Notes under the pieces: model-generated
The model's input: only the letters and a program-made list of their open reading frames with translations
Databases searched by the model: none
Told to the model about the DNA's origin: nothing
Program-made: the position numbers and the translations under genes
DNA from: Mytilus edulis
Lineage: Eukaryota
Assembly (NCBI RefSeq): GCF_963676685.1
Contig: NC_092353.1
Coordinates: 54,684,001-54,748,000 of the forward strand
Direction of reading: 5' to 3'
DNA length: 64,000 bases
Shown: piece after piece, positions 63,271 to 64,000 of the stretch
Position numbering within the stretch: the first letter of the stretch is position 1
How the letters are laid out: each line of letters begins with the position of its first letter

Positions 63271-64000
63271 TAACATATACAATTTTTATTTTACGCCTAA
63301 CTATTCTTTAAAGATTCGTAGGAACGAAACAATTAAATAAAAGTTAATATGTCCATTTTTTTCAAATCACCACTGTCTAAAACAAAATGAATGAGACAAA
63401 ACACACACACACAAACACACACTATTATAATTTGTATACACCTACCACTAACAACAGTTGCAACAAATATGCAACACAGAAAATGTTGGAAGTCCATGTC
63501 TAATTGAACTAGCACTACCTTTGATTAGGTTATAAAATAAATTAACTCCTCGGTTATTGGTCTTAATACGATAAAAACTGCATGTACAACAAGCCTCCGA
63601 CCAAAAACAAGAAATAAGGCAATACAGAAATAATCAGGTAATAATATCTTATTTTACTACCAATTAAAATTTAATAATCATTATCATTTTACAATGCAGA
63701 AAACACCTGATATATTCCCATTAAACTCTAATAGTAAGTAAATTAAGTTTAATATTTTTATTATGATATTGTATTTCTGATGAGTTTTTTTGTTTGTTTA
63801 TTCTCATATATTGGAAAAAGTAAATTTAATAATTAGAAAAAAATATTCAACTAGGATGTTGTATTTCTGGTGAGTTTTTATGTTTATTTTGCTCTCATTA
63901 ATGAATATCTTAAATGAATAAATGGGATTTTGTTCAACCTAGAATGTCTCTTGAATACACAAATATTAATCATACAATATTAAGATTGATCCACTCAAAG
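63271..64000. repeat. Direct repeat copy 2 (runs off the window end)
   Basis: Near-identical to 57669-58414. Confidence 0.93.
63446..63497 (-). CDS. Duplicate signal-peptide exon (MDFQHFLCCIFVATVVS)
   Basis: Same coding sequence as 57844-57895 with the GTAGGT donor retained. Confidence 0.55.

Overview
AT-rich, repeat-dense eukaryotic DNA. The repeat families and gene types point to a bivalve mollusc, probably Mytilus-like (inference, no search run). Two host genes lie on the minus strand. One is a single-ORF ANL-family acyl-CoA synthetase (44138-45853). The other is a ~1105-aa secretin/Methuselah-like 7TM receptor whose large exon (49770-53035) appears to get its signal peptide from a 52-nt exon at 57844-57895; that exon and its promoter region are duplicated at 63271-64000. 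The rest is a transposon landscape: a very young full-length BEL/Pao LTR retrotransposon (21253-28041), a decayed XPG-type Academ transposon, a composite TTAA-flanked element carrying a Penelope RT fragment (two inverted copies), Helentron-type HINEs, SINE fragments, many MITEs, degenerate hammerhead ribozymes and micro/minisatellites. The most striking observation is in the BEL/Pao element. It has no tRNA primer-binding site; the PBS position instead holds a 12-mer exactly complementary to the predicted 5' end of its own RNA, suggesting Tf1-like self-primed reverse transcription in a lineage where I do not know it to be described.
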